Below, one piece after another: positions 12,442 through 28,296 of a DNA stretch of 64,000 bases. The stretch spans positions 80,414,001 to 80,478,000 of the forward strand of contig OZ024740.1 of NCBI GenBank assembly GCA_964016885.1, written 5' to 3'. The stretch comes from Eledone cirrhosa. Taxonomy: Eukaryota. Every line of letters begins with the position of its first letter. The stretch's first letter is position 1. Position numbers and translations under genes: made by a program. The notes beneath the pieces were generated by a model. It was not told the DNA's origin and ran no database searches. It was given only the letters and a program-made list of their open reading frames with translations.

Positions 12442-12591
12442 CTTCCGCTCTGCTAATTCTCTCGCCCACTAGATATGAACACTTCTAATATTTAACACTG
12501 CTGGCACTAGTATTGAGCACTCTCTGCATACGCTATTGGCAAATAACTACATGTATCGCCTATCTCTCCTTCTCTCTCTCGAAACGTAAAT

Positions 12592-12656
<65 letters not shown>

Positions 12657-12657
<1 letters not shown>

Positions 12658-12998
12658 AATTAAAAACAATGAATAAAAAGAAAGAACAAGTTCCTTATAT
12701 TAAAAATAATTCATCATTTTACAATCGTTTCTAGGATATATATATGTGTTGGTATGTATATATAAAAATATGACAAACTATCAGAGGAAATATACATACC
12801 TTCACATATATATGCAGTCTTCAGACAGTATATATATGTGAAGATATGTATATTTCCTCTGATAGTTTGTAATATTTTTACATAGATCTATATGATATAC
12901 ATACCAATATACATATATATCCTAGAAACGATCGTAAAATGATGAATTTTTTAATATAAGGAACTTGCTCTTTGTTTTTATTCATTGTTTTTATTAAT
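12657..12998. mobile_element. Inverted pair of a pseudo-LTR-like end; only the 3' half of an HHR is recognisable
   Basis: 12661-12812 mirrors 12829-12994; GAAA cgatcg TA at ~12925-12936; follows (TA)n. Confidence 0.65.
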
Positions 12999-13120
12999 TT
13001 ATCTTGACTCTGTTTTCCTGTGATTTTCATCGAACATTTTTGAAAGTATCTCCTCATTTCATAATATTTGGATTACATTAAGTTCTTCATACGGATTGGA
13101 CACTACCGCATATTTTGGTA

Positions 13121-15095
<1,975 letters not shown>

Positions 15096-15258
15096 ATTAC
15101 TCCAAGATAAACTTACATAGGAATGCAAGTGAAATCATAAACTTGTCATCTACGTAAACCACTTGCTGAGTCATACAATGCCGTACGCTAAAACTATCCA
15201 TGATAAGAAGTATTCACAGCCTCTATTTGGATTACCTATAACGATAACTTGTTATCCT

Positions 15259-15342
<84 letters not shown>

Positions 15343-15344
<2 letters not shown>

Positions 15345-16556
15345 AAGGTATATATTGAGTTAGAAACTCAAAATACTCTCTTATAATAAAATAGCTCTAA
15401 GAAAGATAATTTTTCCGAGCCGTATATTATAATTGAATATAAAAGAAAAACGAACATAGATATATAGATATATGTGTTCAAATCGCAAGGGCCCAGATTC
15501 GCTAAGGTGAAAAGAATATTAACTATAGACAATATGGTTTGCCTGACTCAATTTTAAGAATAAATCAAGAAAATAAATACAAACCGGAATTGTGGTAACT
15601 ACCAATCACCCAGACAGCTTTTGGTAATGCTGTTTCGCAATATTAATTGTGAATAGAAATGCCAATTCATGCTCATCAGTGGGTGAAGAATGTGTATCCT
15701 AGACACTTCTAAGTATATTAAGAAACTGAATACTGTGCTTATATAAATAACGCACGTGGTATCCGAACTTAGCGCGTCTCACAAACCTACACGACTAAAA
15801 ATAGTAGCCAGGTTTATTCGACATTTGAATTAGCTCAACAAATTTGAACACATATATCTATATATCTGTGTTCGTTTTTCTTTTATATTCGTCGTGTAGG
15901 TTTGTGAGACGCGCTAAGTTCGGATACCACGTGCGTTATTTATATAAGCACAATATTCAGTTTCTTAATATACTTAGAAGTGTCTAGGATACTAATTCTT
16001 CACCCACTGACGAGCATGGATTGGCATTTCTATTCACAATTAATATTGCGAAACAGCATTACCAAAATAAGATGTGAAAATACCATATAATATAGTACAC
16101 TTATACGACAATATTTCAGAAACAATATTAATTATATTTTATAATACATATGACAAGGTACAAAAGTAATCAGAATAAAAATATGTAACTTACTTTACTA
16201 ATCATACCTACGCAGCTATTTTAAATCATAGATAAAATATCCACTAGTTACCATAGATAAAATAAACAAGGTAAAACTAGCAAATCCAAAGATTTAGATT
16301 TTCTTCAGTAGGCAATCTCTTTAAACTAGTACAACAAAATACAATCTGCCCATTTGGAGACAAATTGAAGAACTGCCTCATATCTGTTGTTAGATAGGTA
16401 TATGATATCATGGTTGAATGAATGCATTACATGTGCTTTTTTTTTGGCATCATTTGGATAGCAAAGAGGTTATTGGGAAAGCTAGAAATAGCTCAAGAAC
16501 TCATTCTAATAGAGCAGCTCCACTGAAATATGGGACCAGTATATAAAATATGGCAG

Positions 16557-16601
<45 letters not shown>

Positions 16602-16784
16602 CTGGGTGATTTGTAGTTACCACAATTCTGGTTTGTATTTATTTTCTTGATTTATTCTTAAAATTGAGTCAGGCCAACCCTATTGTCTATAGTTAGTATT
16701 CTTTTCACCTTAGCGAATCTGGTCCCTTGCGATTTGAACACATATATGTATATATCTGTGTTCGTTTTTCTTTTATATTCAATT

Positions 16785-16790
<6 letters not shown>
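15343..16790. mobile_element. Inverted pair of an HHR element; the plus-strand copy is interrupted at 16068-16598
   Basis: Minus copy 15343-15795; plus copy 15891-16067 resuming at 16599-16790; (TA)n at both ends. Same family at 34360-34770. Confidence 0.82.
15606..15686 (-). ncRNA. Type I hammerhead ribozyme, fully canonical
   Basis: Minus strand: tcaccca CTGATGA gca..tgc GAAA cagc attaccaaaa gctg TC tgggtga. Confidence 0.92.
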
Positions 16791-16843
<53 letters not shown>

Positions 16844-18176
16844 CACAAATCAAAGCTATGTTCAAAACATTTATCCGCTGACAATTGTTTCTTCCAAACC
16901 TAGGCTTGAAGTCTTCGGAGCATTTTTAATGATTGTACATATATAATTTACCTCCTACTCAACGTAAGAGACATAGAGATACATATATATATATATTGAT
17001 GTACAGTGTGGAGTTGATGCGACATATATTATATTATACTATATTTGTACAGTAATTCAAATTAAGATTAAAATCAAAATTCAAAAACAAGATTAAAAGC
17101 ATAGGTTGGAATACATGCGACAGATATTACAGATACTACAGGATAATTGTCTTATAATCAAATTAAATAGATAGTATATGCGTTAGTCATATATAGAGGG
17201 ATGGAACAAGCAAATGTATCATGTATATATGAGTACTGTGTGGCAAGGCATTACATGAAATACAAGCACTTTAAGCCGGTATGTAAGTGTATTATGGTGG
17301 TTGCAGTATGAGGATATTTTCTGTATAGTTCAAATTTGTATGTGTGCAGAAAAAGGAAGTTATAGTTTTCACATCCATCACTATTTTCACATCTAGAACA
17401 AGGCAGTTACAGTTTTCACATCCATCACATACGTTACGATGTATTTGTATTGAACGTTTGTTGTAGTAATGGATTGTAACGTATTGCAACTCAGTATTAT
17501 TAATCCATATTTATAGGTTAGGGTCTTTCAGTTGTGAGAATTAACAGCGGTTTTATATTAATAAAAGGAATTCCAACTGTGATTTACTCGTTTTATTTAC
17601 AATCCTTTAAAATTATGATATTATAATGAAATAGTATGGTAGAATATTAAATGTTAAGTATATATGCACACACACGCACACAAACAGGCACAAACACGCA
17701 CGGTTTTCGGAGGCTTGTTGATGTCTGTCTGTCTATCTAGCTAGTTATCCCTCGTTTTCTTTCTCCCCCTATCTCGCTCGCTCATGTGTTTCTATTGGCG
17801 CTGCGTGCTCGAAACTATATACCTGTTGCCATATTCTTTTCATTTGCTAATTTCCGACGTTGAAGCTAAGTTAAACTTGACTTTTCTCCTTAAAATTGAC
17901 TTTTGCTAAAATATTTTGCTTTTGTTTATCATTAATTTATTAATGACCACGATCTTTGAAGGCTTGTTGATGTCTGTCACCATGTAATTCCCGCCCCACA
18001 CATCTATTCCTGATATACTCTAATGGTAACTGCTGGCTGGATCCCCCACTTGTAGCAACTCATCTTTCACCACCTCGTTTTTGAGAGTCGTTTTCCTCGC
18101 CTATCCACGTAATATACTCAAATGGCGGCTACTTATTAGATTAAGTATAACAACAACTACAATAACAATAATAATA

Positions 18177-18351
18177 ATGGTTTCTGATTTAGGTACAAGG
18201 CCAAAAATTATGGTATGTTACTGGTACTATATTTTATAGAACCCGTAAGAATAAAAGGCAAAACTAACCTCGGTGGGATTTGAACTCAGAACGTAAAAAG
18301 CCGTAACTCTAAGCCGCGAAGCATGGTATCCGATCCTGCCAATCCACCGCC
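18177..18351 (-). mobile_element. tRNA-derived SINE
   Basis: tactggtact..cccgtaagaataaaaggcaaa..ggatttgaactcag..cctgccaatccaccgcc, lying within (TAA)n. Confidence 0.8.
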
Positions 18352-20269
18352 AATAATAATGTTAATAATAATCAAAACCATAAACCTATTATATATCCCC
18401 CGCTCGTAGTCATACAATTATCGAATCTATCTGTTGGATAGAAGTGGGTTCCGTAAGCCGCAAGCAAAGCAATCAGTCTAGGAAAGCAGTAACTCTGAAG
18501 AAATAAAACTGTACATGGTAAATATGCACTCTGTACTCTGCAGGGAAGACAACCCATTTAAGAGTGCAGTCGCTTCGAATAAATAAGTGCATGCGACCGA
18601 CCAGTGTTCCTTTAGCCATAAGAGCTGTTACTCTGAATTAAAACTGAAACAGTATAGAAATGACTCGTAATTCCTGACAAAAAACATCTCTAGTACTGGT
18701 GATATAATCAAATACATTCAGAGCCCACTGTAATGTAATAGAAGACTTAACACGTCAGCCCTTCAACACGATTACCTTGTGCCGTCAGCAATATCCACTC
18801 TTTCAGTTATAAATTATACTCGTGTGAAGCGTGCTTTTTCTTAAATAAATTACGGAATTTAATTACAACCGAGATCGCTTTTTGTACACTCTTGAAATTA
18901 GTTATGAATAGAAAAACAAACAAACAAGAAAAAGAAACATTTGAAATATATCATGAAACCGATTTTGAACAAAATACGAAAACATCAATCAAGCGTATAT
19001 AAAATGTAAGGTCTAAAATTGCTAATTATGATCAAATAGTAAATTTCAATCTTCGTAATAGCATGTTTAGAAGATATATTCATATGTGTGTATTTGATAC
19101 TTCCACAGTAACTATATCGTTATATGGTGGCGAATGCTTCAATATGGTGGTTATTTATCTTATATAGGGAATTTTGTGGCCAATACGTTCGTTCATTGTA
19201 TACTTTCCCCGAGCAAATTACTTTTCCGATGACAAAAAGGAAAAGGGAGTGACGAGGATTTTGATGGCCCGTCGAAATTGCATCCATGTAGTAGATGAGG
19301 ATAGCATGGATGTAATATCGCAAGCATTATAAATACAAAGTGTGACGAAAGCTTTAAAGTTCCTGCTGGACCAAGCTCGCTTCTTGAGTTTCCCAAATGC
19401 AAAGGAAGTCTACCCAATCCGCAAGTTGATCTAAGAATCTAAGAATCAATTCCGAGAGACACAACAGTGGAGGTATACAACAGAATCTAGTACATGAAGT
19501 CTTGTGCCCTTGATACGTATTTTTGCCTCCGCATGCAGTATACTCCCAGCACAGTCATATTGTCACAATCGTGTGCAACACATTATTACCTAGAGCTCTA
19601 AAAGATGACTGTTTTATCTTTAAAGTGGTTTAGATTGAATAGTTGTGAGATAATGGACAAATATATTTCACAGTCCGTAATTGCTTAGACGTTACTACTG
19701 GAGAGTAGCACGCGCTTGTCAGCACTGTCCACGGCAATCGATTTCAACAGAACAACATTAGAATTGAAGTAGGCCTTCATACCAGTGGGTATTTGAACAA
19801 ACATAAAACTTTTCCAGAATTCTCTACATACCATTTTAATTCACTATGATCTTGTGGAATCATTCCATACTTTGCCTAATAACCTCAGATAGTACACCAA
19901 CTCCTAGAGCCTTTTTAGAATTGAACTGTATATTTTGGACTGAATTTCTCTGTTTTGAGATTAATATCCAGAAAATAGTACTATGGAAGATATATAACAT
20001 TTCCCTCTATTGTGTATAGGTTATGAAAAATGTGTGTGAAATACTTTGTCCATTGCTTCAGAATACCGCCACTATCACTGACAAAAATAGACCCATATTT
20101 GGATCGAAGGTGAGTAGTAGAGGAGTGGGAAAGACCAAATATCTATTTTAACACGATATATGTATGGCATGCATAATCTTGTAACTCTTGATGGAGTCGT
20201 AGGGGCACCGTAGTAGCATACGACGTTTCTAGGGCTTTAAACCCTGTCGGAGTCCATCTCTCTCCAAGC

Positions 20270-20470
20270 CTGACCGAATACAGGGGATTTGTTCCAGAGA
20301 AGGATAGAAAGTGAGAGAGAGATGTAGAATAAGAATCGACCCAGTACTATATTGTTATTTTTATCGACCTTGAATGGATGAAAGGTAAAGTTGAGCTCGG
20401 CGCGATTTGAACTCAGAGAGCAGAGAGGTGGAACGAATACCACAAGGCATTCTATCCGATTCTACCAATT
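20270..20470 (-). mobile_element. tRNA-derived SINE, diverged
   Basis: tcgacccagtact..tttatcgacc..ggatgaaaggtaaagttgagctcggcgcgatttgaactcag. Confidence 0.7.
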
Positions 20471-22060
20471 TATCACCTAACAAGATATATATTTTATTTA
20501 AAAATCATGTTTGAAGGTAATTGAATATATATAAATATGCCTACACACTCCGTGTTTTTCAGGATCCCCAATTGTCTCCGCAGTACATTTCTTTTCAGAT
20601 ATATTTGATTAAGCAATATTTAATGCAATCTATACCTCATTTGCAGGATCTATAATATTTCTGAATCCTTTTCATCGAATCAATCTCTGCGTTTACGTGT
20701 CCTGAAGCCTAAAATAAAGATTCTGCACACATATCTTTAACCTCTATGAAGAGAAGAGGCAAGATCTTCTTCAAATGATGCAGATGTGAATAAGATTGTA
20801 TGGTTTGATGACATACATACATAGATATATACATACATACATACATACGTACATCCATCCATCCATACATACATACATACATACATACATACATACATAC
20901 ATACGTACATGCATACATAGATATGGCGGATGTACTGTGGGTGAACGAGTACGATCACCACCGACAGGGAAAACATATTATCAGCACGCGTGTAACTTGA
21001 GTTGAGAGCAGCTTTCACAATAGATGAATGACTTTAAATTATCAAAGCAAAAGTGGTTTGTAAATACATTTTATATCAGCGTAATCTTCTCCTAACAAAA
21101 CACATGCTTCTATGTATACATTTCCATGCTGTAATTAAAGAAATTGTTTAGAAAGAGTTCATACAATTAGAAAAAATATATATATATATATTATACATTT
21201 TCTAGCAATCCTAGCGGGTGAGCATATCAAATGCACTCAATTTACATAGTCAATACGTGTCTGTATTATAATTTAGTACTCACAATAATTTATCTCAATT
21301 GTTTGAATGTTAAGATTAATATTAATTTGCGGACGACTATCCATGAGCTTGGCTGATCAAGGTTGTAGATTCAGCCAGATTAGGAGGATACGGTTCCTTT
21401 TGACAGGACCCACTGGGTGGGGTGGGGTCTGAGGACTCTGCCCTTACGACCCTCTTAGGAATAAGTGGGCGAAGAAGCAGAAGACAGACGACTATCGTAG
21501 ACACATCATTTGCAACCAAAACAACATATATTGAGCACACGTAGCCAATCTCTCTAAATTTTACGAAGCGCTTGGAGGGATAAAGTTAATATGAAACAAT
21601 TTATGAAATAGGGTGAAGACCCTTAAAGATGGAAAAAGAAGTTGCCATCAGCTGCTACGAGGAATCGAACCCCGTATCCTCCAATGATGACTTCTATTTC
21701 TGTGGTTAGGTGTCTTCAGCTTATTTTATCAGCTATATTAAAGCATCTCCGCGCATAAGGATACCACTCTATGTATTAATATATACTGTGTTTTTACGTC
21801 CAAACAGTACTTCGGTATGTTGCAAATAGCAGACTCATTTTGAAATATTGGATAATGGGGTTCTCAACACTCAGCAATGTGAGAAGGATAGATTTGTTAT
21901 GGTTGGAATACCTTCACCATACGTATGTTCAATACGTTCGTTCAAGGATACATTGTCGCTAATTAGCACGAAAACCAACAATAAATCATTTGTGTGATCT
22001 CTCGAAATGCTACAAATTTCAGTCAGATCTTCCGGTTATGACTAAAGCACATTTTATCAC

Positions 22061-22145
22061 TACGGGAATCGGCTGAAAAGTTCATAGACTGACCAAGATA
22101 CTCTCATGGAATGACCAAATGAGATTTATTTTTTAACATAGTTCC
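22061..22145 (+). mobile_element. Possible mariner/Tc1-type terminal fragment
   Basis: Starts TAcgggaatcggctgaaaagttcatagactgac, resembling mariner TIR starts. No partner TIR seen. Confidence 0.35.
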
Positions 22146-22222
22146 GGGAAAGAAACAATGCAGTTATTAATAACAAAGACAAGAAAATAATATATGCAAG
22201 ATTTCACAGCTGTAGAGTGTAC

Positions 22223-22292
<70 letters not shown>

Positions 22293-22297
<5 letters not shown>

Positions 22298-22930
22298 GTT
22301 GAGAAGTTGGACCAGAGAGAGGTATATAGTGCGTTATCAATAATACAGGGAATAGCGAGGGCCTATGCCTCCGTTAATTTATCGTGATATTTCGCTCCTA
22401 ATAACAGCCTTTCCTATCTCTGTTTGGTTGAGCACACTTCTCTGAGTGTCTTTGGGCTGCCCTTTCTAGCAGTACGCCCCTCAGAGGCCACTGGTTCACA
22501 GCCCTTAAACACGCTGTGACTTCCCTCTCCCACGTGTAGCTGGACAGTCAATTTTAAAATTCTGTTAGTGTTGTCTGAAATGTATGGCCTTACACACGCT
22601 GATGAACCGAGACTAGACCATTTCTTTCAACAATTTTTTGGTGAAACATATCTTTGGATTTGTACGTGTGTTATATAGTTATAAAGGTATTTATTTACGC
22701 TTTAATTTATATTTTTAATTATCGTGTCTATAGTCTGCCTTTCATAGGTTATAGATTCCATACACTGGTGGTTTTTTCCCTGTATTATTGATAACGCACT
22801 GTATATCTCTCTCTGGTGTGTTAACTTCTCAACATATTGTATTTTAAAGAGCTCAGGATCTCTTCTCCTTTGAGCACATTATTTACAGGGAATAGCGAGG
22901 GCCTATGCCTCCGTTAATTTATCGTGATAT
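22293..22930 (+). mobile_element. Retrozyme-like non-coding element: 540-bp unit with 47-bp terminal direct repeat, HHR and short inverted 5' piece, inserted in (TA)n
   Basis: tacagggaatagcgagggcc..cgtgatat at 22344 and 22884; 22293-22352 mirrors 22777-22838. Confidence 0.85.
22592..22671 (+). ncRNA. Type I hammerhead ribozyme
   Basis: acacacg CTGATGA accga..ttggt GAAA catatc tttg gatttg TA cgtgtgt. Confidence 0.87.
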
Positions 22931-23489
22931 ATATATATATATATATATGAGGGATCCCCCTGCTGTTATGAGAGAAAACGTCTGTGCAAGTTGCAAGTTG
23001 TCACTTAATAGTTTCCGAATTAGTGATCACGTAGATGCAAAACAAGTATCTAAACAATACAATCACATACAGTGCTTCTTATTCTGCCACTCATATTTCA
23101 TATTTCAATATATCCGAATAGCTACTATATTGACAACAATCTTCAATGTCTCACCACCAAAAAACAAAAAAAAACAAAACAAAAAAAAAGCAAAAAAAAA
23201 AACTAACCAGTTTACGATGGATATACGTTAGCCTATACATCTTACATGTTTGCAGATATGAAAAAATAAAGTATCTATGTATATAGCAGCTGAAATTTGA
23301 GTGCTGTGTGCTGATAACATAATATATACCTTATTATATATGCGCTGGACTGACATTTGGGAGAAGCCCGAGAGGATATTTTTCGTAGTGTACTTATTGA
23401 ATAAATTTTGTTTCTGCCTGTCAGTATTCATTAGTTAGAATATTCTAAAAAAATATTCAAAAAGTAGATTACTACTTGCTTGTGATTTA

Positions 23490-23970
23490 GGTTACAAGTA
23501 AATAGAAAAAAGGTGCGAAAATACAATAAAAATCGCAAGTCTATGGTTTTAGTTGCTTCAAAAAAAATATACAGTGGAACTTCAGATCACGAACGTCTCT
23601 CATCACGAACAAATCGGTTACAAGTAAGTAGAAAAGAGGTGGGAAAATACAACCAAAGTCGCAAGTATATGATTTTAGCTACTTCAAAACATATATACAG
23701 TGAATGCCTCTCATCACGTTCATGAATGCCTCTCATCACGAACAATTTTTCCCGTTCACGAATGGTGTTGCGAGTAAACAACACGCAAGCCGGCAACAAC
23801 GGTTGGCAACAAGCTTGGCGTATCGACGGGAACGTATCACTTGCCGTGTTGTTAGATACTATGGTGATATCTATCCGTCTTTCACACAGTCTCTCTCTCA
23901 CTGTATTTCTCTCGTATCACCATTTTGTATGGAAAACATAGTTTCGGTGTACGAACATTACTGGTGACGA
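23490..23970 (+). mobile_element. pogo/Tigger-like DNA transposon end remnant with a local ~125-bp duplication
   Basis: TA|cagtggaacttcagatcacgaac and TA|cagtgaatgcctctcatcacg, with repeated tcatcacgaac subterminal motifs. Confidence 0.45.
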
Positions 23971-24618
23971 ATGACCTTCAGGAAGGAATTAAATTGGTGA
24001 ACTGAGGATACACTGTATGTGGCTATCTCTATCGGTTTAGACCAGTCATAGCCAGACTGCGGCTCGTTTAGATTTCTAAGCGACACACCTAACTTCATTA
24101 TTAATTTGAAATGTTCAGTAGTGCGGCCCATCTTATGGTGAGCAACCTATGCAGCCCACTGTTAGAAAAGGGTTGCCCATGATTGGTTTAGACGATGAAT
24201 ATTCCATTTGTTCGATGAAAGAAACAGCGGAAGATCCAGTATGGCAGTGTGTTACATGGCTGACTCTTTAATTTACCGCTAAAACTCATTTCTGCCAGCT
24301 AGAACATGAAATAAAGTATCTAGACATGACTAACATAGTATAACAATGTGACAACGTCAATAAGAATAGTATTGTTTCGTATTCCTAAACAACACAGAGC
24401 TGATTATCATTACTTTAAAAAAATGAAGAGAAAAAACAACAATAACAAAAGCAACAGCTATGTCTACACGAACAAGACAATTGAAAACAACTAATACATT
24501 TCTGCAACATTTACAATAAGAAGTTTACTAGAGACATTTGTCTACATAGTTGCCTGGAATATATTTCTCAATCAGGGTTGAGCTGGACTAAACAACAGTA
24601 ACTATAGTTACTGCCAAG

Positions 24619-25966
24619 GTGTTTGCGCTCACCCAGAAGTGGGCCGAGTGCAAACTATCCTTGAAAGGTCGTGCGGAGGTGGCGAACACTTTTATGACGT
24701 CCGTCATCTACTACCGCTTGACCGTCGTGCCTTGTCCAGCTAAAACGCTCACCAAAATGGAGCGCGCGCTCTTCCAATTCCTTTGGAAGAAACGGGCTCC
24801 TTTGGTGAGAAGATCCATCTGCTGCCAACACCCTTCAAACGGAGGGCTGCGGATGCCGTGGCTGACGATGCGCAAACACGCTCTCAGGCTGCGGCACCTC
24901 CACGTATTCCTTACCGGAGAGCCAGTGTGGGCCCCGTTCATGAGGCGAGCCTTCTCACGACTCGTCTCGCTGACAGAGCTGCAGTCCTGGGTCTAGCAAA
25001 GACCGAAGAAAATGGGCGACTGGCACATCGAATATGCTCAGGCGTTCACAGTCTCTGGCAAACGGACCCGGCGATCAGTGGAGACTCCACTTGGACATTC
25101 TATAGAGGGTTGGTCCGCAGCAAGTGCGACGACGTGCTCGGAGAAACTCTAGGCGTAGAGGAGGACGAACTGGCCAGTCTGTTCGGTAGGACCTTCCACC
25201 CGGGACCAATGGACAATCTCCAAAAGTCTCTGGCCTGGCAGTGCTACCGAGGAGCTCTACCAGTTCGAGACAAGCTCTACAGACACGGGCACCCGGGTAG
25301 GGCCCCTTCGAAAAAGATCTGTCCGAGATGCGTGTGCGACGAGTAAATCGTCGCGCACATATTTGTACACGGCCCGGGCGTTATCGACCTGTGGGGCTAT
25401 GTAGAACGTCTATTGTCGCGGGTGGGACCAATCCAGTTAACCACTGAGTCCATTGTCATGATCAAACCGCCATGCTCTTTCAAAAACGAGGGAGAGGCGG
25501 TTTTCGTATGTGTTATGGCTATGGTGAAAGAGGTTATATGGTGGACGAGGTTAAAAGGGCTGAGGTCAGACACCTTTCTCTCCGGCGATCAACTGATTCG
25601 TTTTTTCAAATATCATTTTGGAAGAAGAATCAGGATGGAGAGAGAGGTGCTGTACCCCAGCAAATTTTATAAAAGGTGGGTGAATGTGACAAAGATGGCC
25701 CGAGTGGTTGGCCTTCTCTCTATATAAGCCTGTAGGTTGAGGAAAAAGAGGAAGAGAGGAAGGGAGTACTCACTCTTGGTGCTCCTGGAGATGAGGGTTG
25801 TACATTTTTTCGGGGTGTGTACAACCCATGTATAACCCCTCCCCCCTATTGGGGATATCAATTCTTATTTGTTATTTTATTAATAGTTTTATTTTCATAT
25901 ACCTGTATATAAACTCCCCATTTGTATTTGTTCCCTTTTTTTGTACCTTTGTGGCTAATAAAGAAG
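24619..25966 (+). mobile_element. 5'-truncated Tx1/L1-type non-LTR element (ORF2 C-terminus + 3' UTR) ending in (TCTA)n
   Basis: KLSLKGRAEVAN, GGLRMPWL, ALPVRDKL..CPRC zinc finger; homologous to 60963-62078; AATAAA followed by (TCTA)n. Confidence 0.9.
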
Positions 25967-25967
25967 T

Positions 25968-26047
<80 letters not shown>

Positions 26048-26079
26048 CTTTCTATCTATCTATCTATCTATCTATCTAT

Positions 26080-26470
26080 CCGGCCAACAACTGATTCTTT
26101 TTTTCAAATACCACTTTGGAAGAAGAATCAGGATGGAGAAAGAGGTGCTGTACCCCAGCAAGTTTTATGAAAGGTGGGTGAAAGTGGCGAGAATGGCCCG
26201 AGTGAATGGGCCTTCTCTCTATATCAGCCTGTAGGTTGAAGAAAAGGAGGAGGAGAGGAAGGGAGTACAAACTCTTCGTACTCCTGGAGATGAGGGTTGC
26301 ACATTTTTTCGGGGGTATGTGTACCCATATGAACTGTCTCCCCCTATTGGGGAAAATCGACTAATTTTTAAATTGCATTTGTGATAATATTTTACACGTT
26401 TTTATTGTATGTAAACCTCCCCCTTTGTATTTGACCCCTTCGTTTGTGCCCCTGTGGCTAATAAAGAAAC
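26080..26470 (+). mobile_element. Second short 3' fragment of the same Tx1-type family, tandem to the first
   Basis: Repeats ~25590-25966; AATAAA followed by atctatct repeats. Confidence 0.88.
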
Positions 26471-26508
26471 ATATCTATCTATCTATATACCTCTCTATCT
26501 ATGCTTCC

Positions 26509-26558
<50 letters not shown>

Positions 26559-26944
26559 TCGCTAAATTTATATTTGTATTAATCTCCCGAGTTTTAACCT
26601 GTTAATAATTCTATTGACAGATTAATTGTATAAGTTTATTTTAAAAACTACCCGGTCGAGTGCTTATTCGATTTGTGCTATTTATGGAATTTTTATTTGC
26701 ATGATTTACACATACTGAATTCATTTGCCAAAATCTGGGGTTTTTCCTCTGTGAGTTACACATGTGCTTTTACGGAGCACTCTGTCATCCACATTACTGG
26801 CGCAGAACAAAATAACTGTTGATAACGTGATATTCCGTGTTCGATCATTATACCAAAAGCTTATTGAAAGTAATTGATTTAGGTGTCGCTGAAACCCTGT
26901 ACTGAATTTTACCATCAATTCCAGGGGCCCAGGTTTGTCATATA

Positions 26945-27229
<285 letters not shown>

Positions 27230-27253
27230 TATATATATATATATATATATATC

Positions 27254-27304
27254 AGATTCCTGATGATTTCTTATGAATGAAACAGTTCTAGTCCTGTAGA
27301 ATCT
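27254..27304 (+). ncRNA. Type I hammerhead ribozyme; almost the whole of a ~70-bp insert in (TA)n
   Basis: agattc CTGATGA tttc ttat gaat GAAA cag ttctagtc ctg TA gaatct. Confidence 0.8.
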
Positions 27305-27316
27305 CTTCTATATTAA

Positions 27317-27350
<34 letters not shown>

Positions 27351-27486
27351 TGCTAGGGAAAGGATCAGGGGTGTATAACACTCCACTTATCCAGCAGGCA
27401 GTATGAGGTTAGCTCAATGTAAGGACAGAGCCGTAATATAATAAATAAATAACAAAGAACGCTTATAGCATATGCATATCTTTACT

Positions 27487-27532
27487 TGCTAACATTGTTT
27501 CATCCGCACTATAAGTGGGACTCATCAGAGCA
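27487..27532 (-). ncRNA. Minimal hammerhead ribozyme, left arm
   Basis: Reverse complement of 29350-29395. Confidence 0.8.
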
Positions 27533-28257
27533 TAAAGGTTAATTACATACCATACAAGCAATAACAAATCCAAGACATTGAAGAATGAAAGGTAATAATA
27601 GACGATAGAGGATAAGAATAAAAATAAAAATAGAAGTAAAAATAAAAATAAAAATAAAAATAAAAATAAGGGGTGCTATCAGTCACAGTTGGGCGGGGTG
27701 CTGTCAACATATAGTTACATACAAGCATACACATGGATAAGAGTACAGACAAGAGTAGACACATGGATAAGAGAACAGACAAGAGTAGATAAGATAATGG
27801 GATTAGGTAAGAGTAGGTAAAAAATAGGTGAAAAACAGACTTATAATATATATAAAAAGAAATACAAAGAAATACATAACAAACTTACATATAAAATATA
27901 AAAAATAAAATATAGGGTAAGGAATGAGATAAAATAATATAAAATTAAAAATTAAAAATTATATACATAGAACATAATATAGTATAATCGTAAAATAAGA
28001 TAAAATAAGGTAAACTAAAATCAAATAACATAGACTAAATTAAAATAATATAATATAAGATATAATTAAATGTATAATTAAATGTAATTAAATGTAATTA
28101 AATAACATAAAATAAAATAAATAAATAAATAAATAAATAAATAAAAATTAAAAATTAAAAATTAAATAAATAAATAAAATTAAAATTTAAATTTTAAAAT
28201 TTTAAAATTTCAAAATCAAAATTAAAATTTAAATTTAAATTTAAATAAATAAATGAA

Positions 28258-28296
<39 letters not shown>

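Noticed and set aside
16300-16405. Possible exon (ttcttcag..ag|gtatat)
   Set aside because: Stops in all frames tested; no homology recognised.
19060-20100. Coding-like unique sequence
   Set aside because: The frames I translated by hand have many stops and no recognisable motif; BLASTX is needed.
20550-20800. Possible minus-strand exon (ttattttag..gag|gtatag)
   Set aside because: Every frame contains a stop; unsupported.
26560-26940. Possible further HHR element (GAAAccctgTA, ends in (TA)n)
   Set aside because: No convincing core box or stems could be paired.
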